A stretch of 64,000 bases of DNA from Pseudomonadota bacterium (GTDB lineage Bacteria; Pseudomonadota; Alphaproteobacteria; Sphingomonadales; Sphingomonadaceae), in contig JAEZCZ010000120.1 in NCBI GenBank assembly GCA_023433305.1, forward strand, positions 8,136-72,135, given 5' to 3'. Each line of letters begins with the position of its first letter. The first letter of the stretch is position 1. Both the position numbers and the translations under genes were made by a program. Positions 41,811 to 50,918 of this stretch are shown in pieces. The notes beneath the pieces are model-generated. The model was not told the DNA's origin. It saw only the letters and a list, made by a program, of their open reading frames with translations, and did no database searches.

Positions 41811-42461
41811 TCAAGCCGGCGAGCTGCTGGTCCTCCAGCGGGGTGAACCCCAGGCCCAGGTGCTCACCAGATGCGGGGCATAGAACGCCCGGCCCGAGAA
41901 CGTCAGCAACGCGCCCAGCAGCCCCATCTGGAGCATCGTCGCCAGCAACGCGACGACGGCCGCCGGAACACTGCTGTGTCTCACCGACAGCCAGAAACCG
42001 ACGGCGGTGCCGAGCAGGCTAGCCTGCATCAGCCAGTAGATCGCGTCATTCGACAGCGCCGCGGCGTAGAGTCCGGGCACGTGCCACGCCCACAAGGTCA
42101 GCGTCGCGATCGCCGTGGTGGCCGCCAACGGCAGCCTGCGATGCGGGAAGGTGTGAGGCAGCGACCAGGCGAGCAAGGGTGCCGCTACCGCGATCAGGAT
42201 CGCATGGTGCGCGGCGCGCGCCGCGAAGAGCGCCGAAGTCAAGGCGCAGAACGGGGAGACGAACAGGATCGCCAGCACCGCGAGCGCGCCGAGCAACGCC
42301 TGGTGGTTTTCGCGATGGCGCGCGGTGGCGAAGTGCCAGACCAGCAGCCCGGCTAGGGGAACAAGCAGCAGCGGATCGAAATTCCAGCGCACGAGCAGTT
42401 CGGCCGGTTCGGGCGCCGAGCCGCAATAAGGAACCCAGGCCTGCCGGATTCCCCCGGTCAT
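41811..42461 (-). CDS. cytochrome c oxidase assembly factor, Caa3_CtaG family
   Basis: Polytopic membrane protein. WNFDPLLLVPLAGLL...FVSPFCAL...HHAILIAVAAPLL matches the Bacillus-type CtaG pattern, which is not the Cox11 type. Confidence 0.7.
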   Translation of the reverse strand: MTGGIRQAWVPYCGSAPEPAELLVRWNFDPLLLVPLAGLLVWHFATARHRENHQALLGALAVLAILFVSPFCALTSALFAARAAHHAILIAVAAPLLAWSLPHTFPHRRLPLAATTAIATLTLWAWHVPGLYAAALSNDAIYWLMQASLLGTAVGFWLSVRHSSVPAAVVALLATMLQMGLLGALLTFSGRAFYAPHLVSTWAWGSPRWRTSSSPA

Positions 42462-42464
42462 CGG

Positions 42465-43808
42465 TCAGCCGTTCGGCTGCGCGGCCGGCGTCGTGGCGAC
42501 AGGCGCAGCTCTCCGCACCGGCGCGATGCGCCAGACCGTGTTCGAAAGGTCGTCCGCCACGAAAAGCGCGCCACCGACGGCGTCGAACGCGACCCCGACC
42601 GGCCGGCCCCGGGCATGCCCGTCGCCGTCCAGAAAGCCGGTCACGAAGTCCTGCGGCTTCTCGGCGGCGGGCCGACCCCCGGAAAACGGAATCCAGACGA
42701 CCTTGTAGCCCGCGAGGTTCTGGCGGTTCCAGCTGCCATGCATGCCCACGAACGCGCCGTTCGAGTAGGTCGGCGACAAGCCCTCCGCGCCGATGAAGGC
42801 GAGCCCGAGCGTGGCGACGTGCGAGCCGAGCGCATAATCGGGCGTGATCGCAGTCCGGACCAGTTCCGGCTTCTGCGGCCGGACGCGCGGATCGACGTTC
42901 CGGCCCCAATAGCTGTAAGGCCAACCGTAGAACCCGCCCTCGCGCACCGAGGTGATATAATCGGGCACGAGCTCTGGCCCGATCTCGTCGCGCTCGTTGA
43001 CCGCAGCCCACAGCGCGTTGGTTTCGGGGTGAACCGCCAGCGCGGTGGGATTGCGAATGCCCGAAGCGTAAGTCCGATGTGCGCCGGTTTCACGGTCGAT
43101 TTCCCAGATCACCGCGCGGTCCTGTTCGGCCATCATGCCGCGTTCGCCCACGTTCGAGTTCGACCCGATGCCGACGTAGAGCATCTGCCCGTCGGGCCCG
43201 GCAGCGAGCGCCTTGGTCCAGTGATGGTTGAACTCCGAGGGGAGCTTGGTCACCTCTCGCCCCGGCGCGGTGATCTCGGTCTGGCCTTCCTGGTACGAGA
43301 ATTCGAGCAGGGCGTCCTGGTTGGCGACGTAGAGCGCGTCACCCACCAGCGCGAGGCCATACGGCGCATTGAGCCCGTCGATGAGGACGGTGTGCAGCTC
43401 CGCCACCCCGTCGCGGTCGGCATCGCGCAGCAGGCTGACACGGTCGCCGCCGGAAACGCTCGTCTTGCCCTTGGCCTTTATGAAGCCGGCGATGACGTCC
43501 TTGGGCCGGACCTTCGGGGCGCTGCCGCCCGACCCCTCCGCCACCAGGATGTCGCCGTTCGGGAGCACCAGCATCTGGCGGGGGATCTTGAGATCGGTTG
43601 CGAACGCGGTGATCGTGTAGCCTTCGGGGACCGTCGGCTTCTGGCCGTCCCAGCTCGCCGGCGTCGCAATGTTCATCGGCGGGACGAGCGTCTGCCTGAT
43701 GTCCGGCAGTTGCGGCTCTGCGCCCGTCTGGTCGAGACCCTGATCGCCGTCGCCGCATGCGGATACGGCAACAGCCAGCGCCGCGACGAGGAGAACGCGC
43801 GCGCTCAT
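42465..43808 (-). CDS. PQQ-dependent sugar/sorbosone dehydrogenase family protein (periplasmic lipoprotein)
   Basis: Lipobox VSAC. Beta-propeller GSDH-like sequence (LVLPNGDILVAEGSGG..., YVGIGSNSNVGE, GFYGWPY). ATGA overlap with the upstream DUF2231 gene. Confidence 0.8.
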   Translation of the reverse strand: MSARVLLVAALAVAVSACGDGDQGLDQTGAEPQLPDIRQTLVPPMNIATPASWDGQKPTVPEGYTITAFATDLKIPRQMLVLPNGDILVAEGSGGSAPKVRPKDVIAGFIKAKGKTSVSGGDRVSLLRDADRDGVAELHTVLIDGLNAPYGLALVGDALYVANQDALLEFSYQEGQTEITAPGREVTKLPSEFNHHWTKALAAGPDGQMLYVGIGSNSNVGERGMMAEQDRAVIWEIDRETGAHRTYASGIRNPTALAVHPETNALWAAVNERDEIGPELVPDYITSVREGGFYGWPYSYWGRNVDPRVRPQKPELVRTAITPDYALGSHVATLGLAFIGAEGLSPTYSNGAFVGMHGSWNRQNLAGYKVVWIPFSGGRPAAEKPQDFVTGFLDGDGHARGRPVGVAFDAVGGALFVADDLSNTVWRIAPVRRAAPVATTPAAQPNG

Positions 43809-44242
43809 CGCACCACCTCCCTGCCTCGCGCGGCCGAATAGCCGATCCAGCCGGCGACTAGCGCCAGCACCGTGCTGACGATCGAAAGGATGAGCCCAGT
43901 CGTCCCGACAGAGCTCCAGGCGTCGCGGCTATGCTGGAAGGCGTTGATCAGGCCCGCGATCCACATGACTGCCAGGAGGACTAAGAACAGCAGCGCGCGC
44001 CCGCGCAACCCTGCGGCGCGATGCGTGAACACGAGCACGATGGCCCACGCCAGAGCCAGACCTCCGAAGAGCAACGCGCCGGCGATCAACCACGCGGAGA
44101 AATTGCTCCACTGGATTACCGCGGTGTTGAGGTAGGTGATGTCCGCGGCCAGCGCACCGCTGAAGAGCGCGATCGGGAAGGCCAGCAGGATGGCGTGCAA
44201 CGGGTGCAGCAACGGCGCAGCTGGCCGAACATGATCGGGCAC
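43805..44242 (-). CDS. DUF2231 domain-containing membrane protein
   Basis: GTG start preceded by GGGGAGAGAG. Four transmembrane helices beginning HPLHAILLAFPIALF. This family often accompanies sorbosone-dehydrogenase-like genes. Confidence 0.75.
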   Translation of the reverse strand: MPDHVRPAAPLLHPLHAILLAFPIALFSGALAADITYLNTAVIQWSNFSAWLIAGALLFGGLALAWAIVLVFTHRAAGLRGRALLFLVLLAVMWIAGLINAFQHSRDAWSSVGTTGLILSIVSTVLALVAGWIGYSAARGREVVR

Positions 44243-44321
44243 GGCGGTCTCTCTCCCCGGATTCCGAAACGGAGGGTCAGCTTTCCTAACCCCGCGGGAG
44301 ACAATTCTTTCCCGTGCGCCT

Positions 44322-45635
44322 TCAGAATGGAAACCAGATCGGGATTGTTATGACCGCCGCGACCCAGGTGACGAAGTTGAGCGGCAAGCCCACGCGCACG
44401 AAATCCATGTAGCTGTAGCCGCCGAGATTATAGACCAGCACATTCGTCTGGTACCCGAACGGAGTGGCGAACGCCGCGCTGCCCGCGACCATCACCGCGA
44501 CGAGGAAGGGGCGAGGACTGACGCCCAGGGCCTCGGCCAATGATACGGCGATGGGCGTGAACAGCACCGCCACCGTGGCGTTGGACAGCAGCTCGGTCGC
44601 GAACAACGTCGCGCCATAGATGATGATCAACGCGAGAAGCGGGCTCATCCCGTCGAGATAGTCGATCAGCGAGCCGGTGACCGACCCCGCCAGCCCGGTC
44701 ACGTCGAGCGCGATGCCGAGCACGACCATCCCCGCGATCAGGATCAGCACCTCCGGGCGCAATCCACGATAGGCCTCGTCTGCGGTAATTACCCGCATCA
44801 GAATCAGCAACACCGCGCCGGCGAAGGCACAGGCGGCGATCGGCGCGACGTCGAGCGCCGCCAGCGCCACGACCGCGACGAACACCGCCGCAGATGCCAG
44901 CGCGGCAGCAGGTCGGAGCGGCGAATGCTCCGCGAACGACATCGCCGTTCCGATCTGGCCGCCCGCCAGGCCCGGCTCGCCCAGGTCCATCGCGTCGCCG
45001 GCCCGGGGCTCTTCCTCATTCTTGTCGATCGACACCATCCGGTGACCGAAGACGACGAGATAGGCCCCGCCCACCAGTGCGACCGTGAGGCCCACGGGCG
45101 TGATCTCGAATATCCCGAAACGCGGTTGGCCCGCCACGGCGGCCATGTCATTGACCAGGAGGTTGGTCGAGGTGCCGATCAGCGTGATGCACCCGCCGAG
45201 CACCGCCGCGTGCGAGAGCGGTATCAGAAACCGCTTGGGCGAAAGGCCGAGCGACTTCGCCACGTCGCGAACCACCGGCGCCCCCATCACCACGATCGGT
45301 GTGTTGTTGAGGAACGCCGACGCTCCCCCCGCGATACCGATCAGCAGCCAAAGCCCGGTCTTGCCGATCTTCCGGCATAGCCTGGTCACGGCCCGTATGG
45401 CGGCATCGAGCAGGCCCGACAGCTCCATCGCGTAGGCAATGACGAACAGCGAGGCGAGCGCGATGATCGCCGGGCTGGCAAAGGCGCTCTGCACCTCGAC
45501 CGGGCGAACGACCCCGGTCATCAGCAACACCGCCGCTCCGGCCAAAGCGATCACATCCGAGCGGACGCGGTCCCAGATCAGCGCCGCGACGACAGCCGCC
45601 AGCACCGCAAGCGTTATCAGCTGACTGGCGGTCAT
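44322..45635 (-). CDS. SLC13/ArsB-NhaD superfamily permease (CitMHS-like), no TrkA-C inserts
   Basis: Polytopic, with two homologous halves separated by a short acidic loop. The start is uncertain: ATG 45635 or GTG 45686. Confidence 0.75.
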   Translation of the reverse strand: MTASQLITLAVLAAVVAALIWDRVRSDVIALAGAAVLLMTGVVRPVEVQSAFASPAIIALASLFVIAYAMELSGLLDAAIRAVTRLCRKIGKTGLWLLIGIAGGASAFLNNTPIVVMGAPVVRDVAKSLGLSPKRFLIPLSHAAVLGGCITLIGTSTNLLVNDMAAVAGQPRFGIFEITPVGLTVALVGGAYLVVFGHRMVSIDKNEEEPRAGDAMDLGEPGLAGGQIGTAMSFAEHSPLRPAAALASAAVFVAVVALAALDVAPIAACAFAGAVLLILMRVITADEAYRGLRPEVLILIAGMVVLGIALDVTGLAGSVTGSLIDYLDGMSPLLALIIIYGATLFATELLSNATVAVLFTPIAVSLAEALGVSPRPFLVAVMVAGSAAFATPFGYQTNVLVYNLGGYSYMDFVRVGLPLNFVTWVAAVITIPIWFPF

Positions 45636-45718
45636 GCCGGGCTTATGGTCGGTTTTTGCCCTGTCGCCAAGCGAGGCCGGTTTCACGGTTCGGCGATTGC
45701 TGTGCTAGGGAAGGGCCG

Positions 45719-46558
45719 ATGTCGCGCTTGCCCCGCCTCCTCGCCATGACCTCCATCGCCCTTCTCGCGGCGTGCGAACGATCGGAGGATACGGCCGAAC
45801 CGGACGGTCCGCCGACGACGTCGATCGCGGAAGTCCTCCCGGCCGTGGATCCGCCGCTCGACCGGTCGGCGCTCCTGACGACCGTGGCGCAGGCGGCGAG
45901 CGATTTCGCGACGGGGCGCGATGCAACTGCGCGTCAACGCAACCTCGATGGGCGGCTGTTCGAAGTCGGCCTGAGGTTCGGCTGCTCGGGCGAGGCGATT
46001 CCCACCCGCAGCTGGAGCTTCGACGAGGCGAACCGCGTGCTGCGGGTACGCGTCGAGCACGAGCTGACCATCGATGCACCCGAGATCCAGGAATTGGGGC
46101 TGGAGGGGTTCGAGGCGATCGAAGGGTTCTGGATCCAGCGCCCCTGGCTCCTGGAAGCGGCCTGCCCTGCCGCCGAGCCGACGCCGGTTTCGACCGAGGT
46201 GGCTTCCTCGGCCGAGGAAGTCGATGACGCGGCCCCGGCGGAGGAATCGGAACGGGCTCCCGCGCCGCCCCGCGTCGGTATCGCCCATTTCTATACCGCC
46301 GACGATTCCCGCACGCTGCGGCGCGACAGTCGCGCGTTTCAGGCGACCCGAAAGCTCGCCGCCGGTGTCGAGCCGAGCCGCGAGGGATACAACCTGGTGC
46401 TTTCCGGCAGGCTTTCGCGCATGCCCGATGGGCGCGTCATCGCATGTTCCGGCCGCGATCCGAATCAACCGCCGACATGCGTCGTGTCGGTCACTTTCGA
46501 TCGGGTGGCGCTGCGCCGTCCGGACGGCGAACTCGTGGCCGAGTGGTCGAGTGGCTGA
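45719..46558 (+). CDS. hypothetical lipoprotein
   Basis: Starts MSRLPRLLAMTSIALLAAC (lipobox). No recognisable domain. Confidence 0.65.
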   Translation: MSRLPRLLAMTSIALLAACERSEDTAEPDGPPTTSIAEVLPAVDPPLDRSALLTTVAQAASDFATGRDATARQRNLDGRLFEVGLRFGCSGEAIPTRSWSFDEANRVLRVRVEHELTIDAPEIQELGLEGFEAIEGFWIQRPWLLEAACPAAEPTPVSTEVASSAEEVDDAAPAEESERAPAPPRVGIAHFYTADDSRTLRRDSRAFQATRKLAAGVEPSREGYNLVLSGRLSRMPDGRVIACSGRDPNQPPTCVVSVTFDRVALRRPDGELVAEWSSG

Positions 46559-46662
46559 GCTGGAACCGGCGCGGGATTCTCTGCGTTTTTGAGCCGCTCG
46601 AATCCGGCCATCAACTTGGCTGATTTCGTAGAATGTCTACTCTGAAGCAAAGTAGCTGATCT

Positions 46663-46980
46663 ATGAAGTCTAAGTTCCTCAATCTCTCATGCGCCCAATG
46701 TGGCAGCAATCGTTTCAAGTTTCCCAAGTCTGCCACCGAACTCGTGAAGTGCGGCGATTGCGGCCATCCGGTCGCATCGCTGGGCGAGATCGAGGAGAAA
46801 GTCGCGAAGGGGGAGGAAGCCGCTGAAACGCGCGACCAGCGCCACTTGCGCCATGCCAAGGAGGTGGCGGAAAGCCACGTGCAGCTGCGCAAGAGCGTCG
46901 CCGAAACCGCTCGGCTGATCGTAGCTTCCGATGAGATGATTAAGCGCCACCGCAAGGAAAACAAAGACGGCGGCGACTGA
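46663..46980 (+). CDS. orphan zinc-ribbon protein with a charged helical tail
   Basis: 105 aa. CxxC-x17-CxxC arrangement (CAQCG...CGDCG), then a Lys/Glu/Arg-rich helix. Lies in a local GC trough. No SD. A possible -10 element TAGAAT sits at 46629-46634. Confidence 0.55.
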   Translation: MKSKFLNLSCAQCGSNRFKFPKSATELVKCGDCGHPVASLGEIEEKVAKGEEAAETRDQRHLRHAKEVAESHVQLRKSVAETARLIVASDEMIKRHRKENKDGGD

Positions 46981-47085
46981 TAGGGACTGCCGCGCCCAAT
47001 CGAATCTTGCGTTTTCCTCACCTTCGGTCATCCTGACGACGGGATCGCCTTGGACTTCCGGACGGGAGCAACCGAGGAGAGGAAC

Positions 47086-49116
47086 ATGGATGCCATCGGC
47101 AGCGGTGCGAGAGTCATCGCGCTGGTCGGACCCGCCGGCGCCGGCAAGACCAGCGTAGCCGAAGCCTTGCTGCACGCCGCCGGAGCGATTCCGCGCCTGG
47201 GTTCGGTGGACGCCGGGACTTCACAAGGCGATGCCAGCCCCGAAGCGCGTGCCCGCGGCAGTTCCACCGAAATCAATTTTACGCGCTATTCGTGGGCCGG
47301 AGACGATTACGTCATCCTTGATTGTCCCGGTGCCGTAGGCTTCGCCGCCGATGCCGACGCGGCGACCGAGATCGCCGACCTCGCTGTCGTGGTGATCACT
47401 CCGGAAGCCGAGCGCGCGGCGCTGGCGGAACCGGTATTGCGAGAGCTCGAAGCCCGCGGCGTCCCGCACCTCGTGTTCATCAACAAGATCGACAAGGCAC
47501 GCGGCTCGATCGACGACCTTCTCGAGGCCTTGCAGCCCCTCAGCGTGGCTGCCGTGGTCGATCGACAAATCCCGATCAACGAGGGCGAACAGGCTGTCGG
47601 CTTCATCGATCTCGCGCTCGACCGCGCCTTCAAGTTCCGTGCCGGCCAGCCTTCCGAGCAGGTGCCAATTCCCGAAGAGCTTCGCGAAGAGGAGCACGCG
47701 GCGCGCTTTCACATGCTCGAACAGCTTGCCGATCACGACGACTACCTGCTCGAGCAACTTCTGAACGAGGAAGAGCCGGAGCTGGACACCGTATGCGGCG
47801 ACTTGAAGCGCGAGACCGCGGAGGGGCTCGTGGTTCCAGTGATGCTCGGATCGGCAATCAACGGCTACGGCGTGCGGCGCCTGCTCAAGGCCTTGCGGCA
47901 CGACGCGCCTGCGCCCTCCGCCACCGCGGAACGCCTCGGTATCGAAGGTCCCGCCCTGGAAGTCTTCAAGGTCGCGAACGACACCGCCGTTGGCCGGTTG
48001 GCGTTGGGCCGTGTGTTCGGCGCGCCGCTTTCGGAAGGCGCCGACCTCACCGAGTCCGACGGCAGCACCCATCGGGCCGGAGCACTGTTTGCGCTCCAGG
48101 GCGGCACCACGATCCGGCTCAAGCAGGTGAATCCCGGCGACGTCGTCGGTATCGCCAAGGCGGACGAGGTCCGTGCCGGCGATCGGCTCGGCATCGGGGG
48201 AGCGAAACCATCGCCGCGCGAGCCGGGTGCGAGACGGATCGCGAATTCGGCGCTGTCGATTTCGGTCAAGGATCACAAGGACGAGGTTCGGCTCTCGACC
48301 GCCCTCAACAAGCTGACCGAGGAAGACAGCGGCCTGTCCTGGGAAACGACCGACGGCACCCACGAGACGCTGCTGCGCGGCATCAATGAGGAGCACCTTT
48401 CGCTCGCGCTCGAACGGCTGAAGCGGCGCTACGGCCTCGAGGTGAACGCACAACCGCCTTCGGTCGCCGTCCGGGAATCGATCCGCAAGACGGTCACCCA
48501 ACGCGGCCGCCACAAGAAGCAGTCGGGCGGCCACGGCCAGTACGGCGACGTCGTGATCGAAGTGAAGCCCTTGCCGCGCGGGACCGGCTTCGAGTTCGTC
48601 GACAAGATCACCGGCGGGGTGATTCCCCGGCAGTACATTCCGGCCGTCGAGGCCGGCATCCGCGACGCCATGCAGAAGGGCCCGCTCGGATGCCAGGTTG
48701 TCGACGTGATGGTCACGTTGCTCGATGGGTCGTTCCACAGCGTCGACAGCTCGGAGCTGGCCTTTCGCACGGCGGGGCGGATCGCGATGGGCGAGGCGCT
48801 GGCGGCAGCCCAGCCCTACCTGCTCGAACCGATCGCGCACGTCACGATACAATGCCCGGGAACGGCGACCTCGCGGATCACGTCCGCTTTGCCGAGCCGC
48901 CGCGCGCGCGTGCTCGGGATGGCGCCGCGCGAAGGCTGGTCGCGCTGGGACACGGTCGAGGCGCAAGTCCCCGAGGCGGAGATGGGCGGTTTCCAGGCGG
49001 ACGTGCGCTCACTGAGCCAGGGCATGGCCACCTTCGAGGCGCATTTCGACCACCTCGCGGAAGTGAGCGGGAAAGCAGCCGAGAGCATCGCGCAACGCGC
49101 TGCCGAGCTCGCCTGA
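47086..49116 (+). CDS. EF-G-like translational GTPase paralogue
   Basis: ATG 47086 is preceded by GAGGAGAGG. G1 motif GPAGAGKT, G3 motif DCPGAVGF (the usual His is Ala here), G4 motif NKID. The rest is colinear with EF-G domains II-V. Confidence 0.88.
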   Translation: MDAIGSGARVIALVGPAGAGKTSVAEALLHAAGAIPRLGSVDAGTSQGDASPEARARGSSTEINFTRYSWAGDDYVILDCPGAVGFAADADAATEIADLAVVVITPEAERAALAEPVLRELEARGVPHLVFINKIDKARGSIDDLLEALQPLSVAAVVDRQIPINEGEQAVGFIDLALDRAFKFRAGQPSEQVPIPEELREEEHAARFHMLEQLADHDDYLLEQLLNEEEPELDTVCGDLKRETAEGLVVPVMLGSAINGYGVRRLLKALRHDAPAPSATAERLGIEGPALEVFKVANDTAVGRLALGRVFGAPLSEGADLTESDGSTHRAGALFALQGGTTIRLKQVNPGDVVGIAKADEVRAGDRLGIGGAKPSPREPGARRIANSALSISVKDHKDEVRLSTALNKLTEEDSGLSWETTDGTHETLLRGINEEHLSLALERLKRRYGLEVNAQPPSVAVRESIRKTVTQRGRHKKQSGGHGQYGDVVIEVKPLPRGTGFEFVDKITGGVIPRQYIPAVEAGIRDAMQKGPLGCQVVDVMVTLLDGSFHSVDSSELAFRTAGRIAMGEALAAAQPYLLEPIAHVTIQCPGTATSRITSALPSRRARVLGMAPREGWSRWDTVEAQVPEAEMGGFQADVRSLSQGMATFEAHFDHLAEVSGKAAESIAQRAAELA

Positions 49117-49138
49117 ACGAATTGGGGGGGCGGCGCCG

Positions 49139-49552
49139 TTAGCCCTGGGTCGCTGCAGGCGCGGCGAGCGGGAAGAATGGGATGGCCACGTCGAAGGTCT
49201 GGCCGCTGCCGTCGACGAACGTATAGTGCCCTTCCATCGAGCCCATGTTTGTCATGAGTTCGCATCCCGAGACGTAGTCATGCGTGGCGCCGGGGGCGAG
49301 GACCGGCGTTTCGCCGACCACGCCCTCGCCATCGACCATGCTCACCATCCCGCGGGAATCGGTAATGCGCCAATGGCGGGTGAGTAACTGGATCGTGTCG
49401 TCGCGGCGGTTCTCGATGCGAATGTGATAGACCCAGAACCAGCGCTTGGCCTCGGTGCGGGACTGGTCGGGCATGAAGTTGACCGCGACGCGCACGGTCA
49501 CGCCCGCGGTCATCGCTGCGTGCTGGAACAGGCTCGAGAGAACATCCTGCAT
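49139..49552 (-). CDS. apaG: ApaG (DUF525) protein
   Basis: Contains WFWVYHIRIENRRDDTIQLLTRHWRITDSRG...GEGVVGETPVLAPG...Y.S. The start is uncertain (49552 or 49513). Confidence 0.88.
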   Translation of the reverse strand: MQDVLSSLFQHAAMTAGVTVRVAVNFMPDQSRTEAKRWFWVYHIRIENRRDDTIQLLTRHWRITDSRGMVSMVDGEGVVGETPVLAPGATHDYVSGCELMTNMGSMEGHYTFVDGSGQTFDVAIPFFPLAAPAATQG

Positions 49553-49616
49553 AGGCAGGAACCTAGCCGCTTTGCCGCGCGGGTTCAAAGGCGATGCGGC
49601 GAGTTGTGGACGGCTT

Positions 49617-50825
49617 TCAGAGCCCCGCGCGAGAAAGCGCCTGGTCGAGATCCGCGATCAGGTCCTCGGGGTCCTCGAGCCCGATGTTGAACCGCAGCAT
49701 GCCCTCGCCCACTCCCATCTCGTCACGCGCCTCGGCCCCCATGTTGGCGTGCGTCGAGCTGGCCGGGTGCGTGGCAAGCGACTTGGCGTCGCCGATGTTG
49801 TTCGAGATATCGATCAACTCCAAAGCATCGAGCACTGCGTGCGCCTGAGCGCGGCCACCGTCGAGGATGAGGCTGAAGATCGGTCCGCAGGCGTCCATCT
49901 GGCGCGTCGCCAGGTCGTGCTGCGGGAAGCTTTCGAGGCCGGGATGAAGCATCTGCGGGACACGGCTCTCGACGAAACGCCCGACTTTCATGGCGTTTTC
50001 GCTCTGTCGGTGTGCGCGCAGACTCAACGTCTCGAGCCCCTTGAGCACGACCCAGGCGTTGAACGGCGAGAGGTTCGGGCCGGTATTGCGCTGGAACGGC
50101 AGCAGCACGTTGTCGATCCAGTCGCGGCTGGCACAGACCGCACCGGCAAGCACCCTGCCCTGTCCGTCCATCAACTTCGTCGCGGAATAGGCGACGACGT
50201 CCGCGCCGAATTCGAGCGGCCGCTGCAGCGCGGCCGTGGCGAACGCGTTGTCCACCACGCTGGTGATACCGTGCGATTTGGCCAGCCCGCACACGAAAGC
50301 CATGTCGACGATGTCCATCGTCGGGTTGGCGGGGGTCTCGAAGAAGAACACCTTGGTGTTGGGCCGAATTGCCGCTTCCCATGCCGCGTTGTCGCGCGCG
50401 TCGATCACGGTCGTCTCGACGCCGAATTTAGGCAGCAGGGTATCGACCAACCACCGACACGAGCCGAACGCCGCGCGGCCGGCAACGACATGGTCTCCGG
50501 TCTTGACCTGGCAGAGCAGCGCGGTCGTCATCGCCGCCATCCCGCTCGCCTGGACACGGCAGGCTTCGGCGCCTTCGATAGCGGCGATGCGTTCCTCGAG
50601 CATCGCCACGGTGGGGTTCTGCAGGCGGGAGTAGGTCATCCCCACTTCCTCGCCGGCGAAGCGCGCCGCGACACTTGCGGCGTTTTCGTATGTGTACCCC
50701 GACGTCAGGAACAGCGCTTCGCTCGTCTCGCCGTGCTCGGAGCGCCAGGTGCCGGCGCGGACCGCGCGCGTTTGGGGGCGCCACTTGGACGTGGTGGAGC
50801 GATCGGTTCCGGTGGTCTTCTTCAT
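49617..50825 (-). CDS. metZ: O-succinylhomoserine sulfhydrylase
   Basis: Cys/Met-metabolism PLP enzyme. N-terminal TRAVRAG...ETSEALFLTSGY and PLP-lysine context YSATKLMDGQGR. The apaG-metZ neighbourhood is typical of alphaproteobacteria. Confidence 0.9.
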   Translation of the reverse strand: MKKTTGTDRSTTSKWRPQTRAVRAGTWRSEHGETSEALFLTSGYTYENAASVAARFAGEEVGMTYSRLQNPTVAMLEERIAAIEGAEACRVQASGMAAMTTALLCQVKTGDHVVAGRAAFGSCRWLVDTLLPKFGVETTVIDARDNAAWEAAIRPNTKVFFFETPANPTMDIVDMAFVCGLAKSHGITSVVDNAFATAALQRPLEFGADVVAYSATKLMDGQGRVLAGAVCASRDWIDNVLLPFQRNTGPNLSPFNAWVVLKGLETLSLRAHRQSENAMKVGRFVESRVPQMLHPGLESFPQHDLATRQMDACGPIFSLILDGGRAQAHAVLDALELIDISNNIGDAKSLATHPASSTHANMGAEARDEMGVGEGMLRFNIGLEDPEDLIADLDQALSRAGL

Positions 50826-50863
50826 ACCGATGCGCGCTCTAAGGGTGCGGCGCCCGCGCGCGC

Positions 50864-50893
50864 AACGAAAAAGCGGGGCGAAGCCCCGCTTCC
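50864..50893 (-). terminator. rho-independent terminator after the 70-aa gene
   Basis: The minus strand reads GGAAGCGGGGCTTCGCCCCGCTTTTTCGTT: a 9-bp GC stem, a short loop and a T-run. Confidence 0.8.
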
Positions 50894-50918
50894 GGAAATT
50901 CTCTAGACTTCGCCGTGG

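Noticed and set aside
50826-50918. A possible SAM-II or other riboswitch in front of metZ.
   Set aside because: The gap is mostly occupied by the terminator of the upstream small gene. I could not find the SAM-II pseudoknot signature (conserved U-rich strand plus AAAGCU). Only an Rfam scan could settle this.
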